Of a stretch of DNA of 64,000 bases, positions 61,760 to 64,000 are shown piece after piece. The stretch spans positions 379,812,001-379,876,000 of the forward strand of contig CM097882.1 of the NCBI GenBank assembly GCA_044892505.1, in the 5' to 3' direction. The notes below the pieces were generated by a model, which worked only from the letters and a program-made list of their open reading frames with translations, had not been told where the DNA came from and searched no databases. The stretch comes from Schmidtea nova (taxonomy: Eukaryota). Every line of letters starts with the position of its first letter. Position 1 is the stretch's first letter. Made by a program: the position numbers and the translations under genes.

Positions 61760-64000
61760 ATGTCTTTAGATAACATAATAAATGGTGTCAGCAGCCTTCA
61801 ACTCGCAAATGTTTCTGTCAAGATTCCATCACCCTTCGCCAATTGGAATCTATGGTTTGCTCAGGTCGATGCCAGTTTTCAATTATCAAGAATCTCAGAA
61901 GAGGCCACTAAATATTTACACTTGATATGTAACCTGCCATCCGAAACACTCAAAATTTTAACATTTGCTAGATGGCAATAACCCTCTGGCATACATCAAT
62001 CTCAAAGCAGCTATCATTGATGACTACACGCAGAACAACAATATCTCCCTTTCAGACATCATAAGAGAACAATCATTGGGAGATAGAATGCCAACGGAGG
62101 CCTTACGTCAAATCCAAAGATATCTTCAGCTCTTTGATCATACTATCGATCCCAATGGCACAATGGCTCGTGAAATATTCTTGAGAGTTCTACCAAAGAA
62201 CATACAATTCTGTCTATTATCTCAACCAGAAAACAATCTCCACTCTTTAGCCATGCTCGCCGACAAAATCATGGCCTTCAACAAATGTACTAGTCAGAGA
62301 AACAGCATAACATCCGTAACAGAAGAAGACAAAAAAATCAGCGAGATTTCCATGCTGCGTGAAGAACTGAATGCACTCAGACGAACAAACCAGAATCATG
62401 CAAACTGTGCTTCTATCACAAGACGTTTGGAGAGCGAGCAAGAAAATGTCAGCAGCCCTGCAGTTGGACCAATAAAACATTCAATCAGGACCAGGGAAAT
62501 GGGAAGAGGTTTCATTAAACCTGAGGAATGAAACCTGCCGAATAGTATCAACACACTCAGGCACCAACTCAAATATTTTTAACATCAAAGCGAAACTTAA
62601 GGACCGATTCATCGACTTTCTTATTGACACTGGAGCTGACATCAGTGTAATACCAATGTCTTCATTTGAGGCCGACAGCAAATGCAACACCAATCAATCT
62701 TTAGTCTCTACCAATAACACTCCGATACAGTGTAATGGTGAGAAAACGTTACATTTCACAATTGATGGTTTCAGTGACAAATTTAAATGGACGTTTGCCG
62801 TAGCAAGCGTCACAAGGCCAATAATAGGCGCTGATTTTCTATCGCAATTTAGAATAAATGTAGATTACAGTACCAGAACAATATTCAAATCAAAATCCAA
62901 CGAAAGTACAAGCAAGACAATATGTGTATCAAACATTCAATTCTACCGAGACATGATAGCGGAATCCGAGAATTCCGAGCAAAACATTATAAAGCCAAAA
63001 ACAAATCTTCGTATATACACCTCCGGAATTCCAGTAGCCCAACGTCAACGAAGACTCTTCGGGGACAAACTCAAAGCCACTAAGGAAGAATTTGACAGAC
63101 TTCTGGTGGCGGGGATCATACGCCACAGCAAAAGCGAATGGGCTTCGCCACTACTAGTAGTAAAAAAAGGAGTCGGTACTTGGAGGCCTTGTGGAGATTA
63201 CCGACTCTTGAATGAAATTACGAAAGCAGATAAATATCCATTACCTAGAATTAATGATATTTTAGACAGAATATCTGGCAGCAAATATTTCACGAAACTA
63301 GATCTGAAGAAGGCATACCACCAAATCCCAATCCATCCCATGGATACCTCGAAGACAACAGTGATCACGCCTTTTGGCCTATTCGAGTATGTAAAGATGC
63401 CGCTCGGCCTTAGGAATGTATCACAGACGTTTCAGCGATACATGGACGATACGCTTTCCAAGACGAGGCGATATTGCCTCAATTACATTGATGATGTGCT
63501 GATATTCTCGAACAATGTGGAGGAACATCGTGACAACGTGAAGAGTGTGATGCAGACACTAATCGCAGCTGGCCTGAAAATCAATAAAGACAAATGTGAA
63601 TGGGAGAAAACAAATGTCGATTTCTTAGGATTTAATATATCGTCATCAGGAATCAGGCCAGAGTTGATGCTATCATGAGTATAAATAAACCTGACAACTT
63701 AAAGGAACTGAGACACTTCATCGGGAGTATAGGATACTATCATTGGCAAATACCACATCTATCATCGATCCTATCTCCCCTACATCAATTGGTATCATCA
63801 TCGATTAAAGATAAAAAGAACTATCTGTGGTTGAAGGTCCACAATGATGCAAAACGACAACTTAACTCCATAACACATCTCAAATACCTTGATGAAAAAC
63901 TGCCGTTCATATTACAGACAGACGCTTCCTCCATTGCTGTAGGAGCAAGTTTAAACCAGATGAGAAATAGTGAAAACTATATACCCATTGCCTTCTTCTC
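61760..64000 (+). pseudogene. Frameshifted Ty3/Gypsy gag-pol (Mag/CsRn1-like), runs off the window
   Basis: Gag VSVKIP..LWFAQV.A.F and LGDRMP; protease FLIDTGADISVIP; RT YPLPRI..LDLKKAYHQIP..KTTVITPFGLFEY..YIDD; RNase H TDASSIAVGASL. Confidence 0.92.

Noticed and set aside
61783-61795. TGGTGTCAG as a tRNA-Leu PBS for the last Gypsy element
   Set aside because: Only a 9-nt match, inside the gag frame, with no adjacent LTR end.

Overview
This is AT-rich eukaryotic (probably invertebrate, possibly flatworm-like) genomic DNA, almost entirely nested mobile elements around one host gene, ERCC6L/PICH (4619-7629). The main feature is a very young 24.7-kb LTR retroelement at 16538-41265. It has two 3218-bp TG..CA LTRs with only 3 differences seen, a 4-bp CATC target-site duplication (TSD) and a tRNA-Pro-like primer-binding site (PBS). 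It encodes one intact 3424-aa polyprotein ordered Gag/3xCCHC, ubiquitin-like (UBL) domains, Bcl-2-like domain, chuvirus-type (class III) envelope glycoprotein, aspartic protease, four FN3-like modules and a transmembrane (TM) segment. Separate intronless cargo ORFs include an IAP-type RING, a full TRAF, coiled-coil and membrane proteins, and two ORFs inside each LTR. I find no reverse transcriptase (RT), RNase H or integrase anywhere in it. A decayed minus-strand relative (~53.3-59.6 kb) shows the same Gag-UBL-Bcl-2-env order, and three older related LTRs share a conserved ~75-nt motif with the young LTRs. The window also holds a Penelope RT fragment split by the giant element, a Polinton/Maverick derivative (6-bp TSD) interrupted by a Buster hAT (8-bp TSD), a hAT MITE, a SPIN-like hAT relic, a TBP-fold relic and a decayed Ty3/Gypsy gag-pol. 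All domain calls are by-eye motif recognition; no database searches were run.
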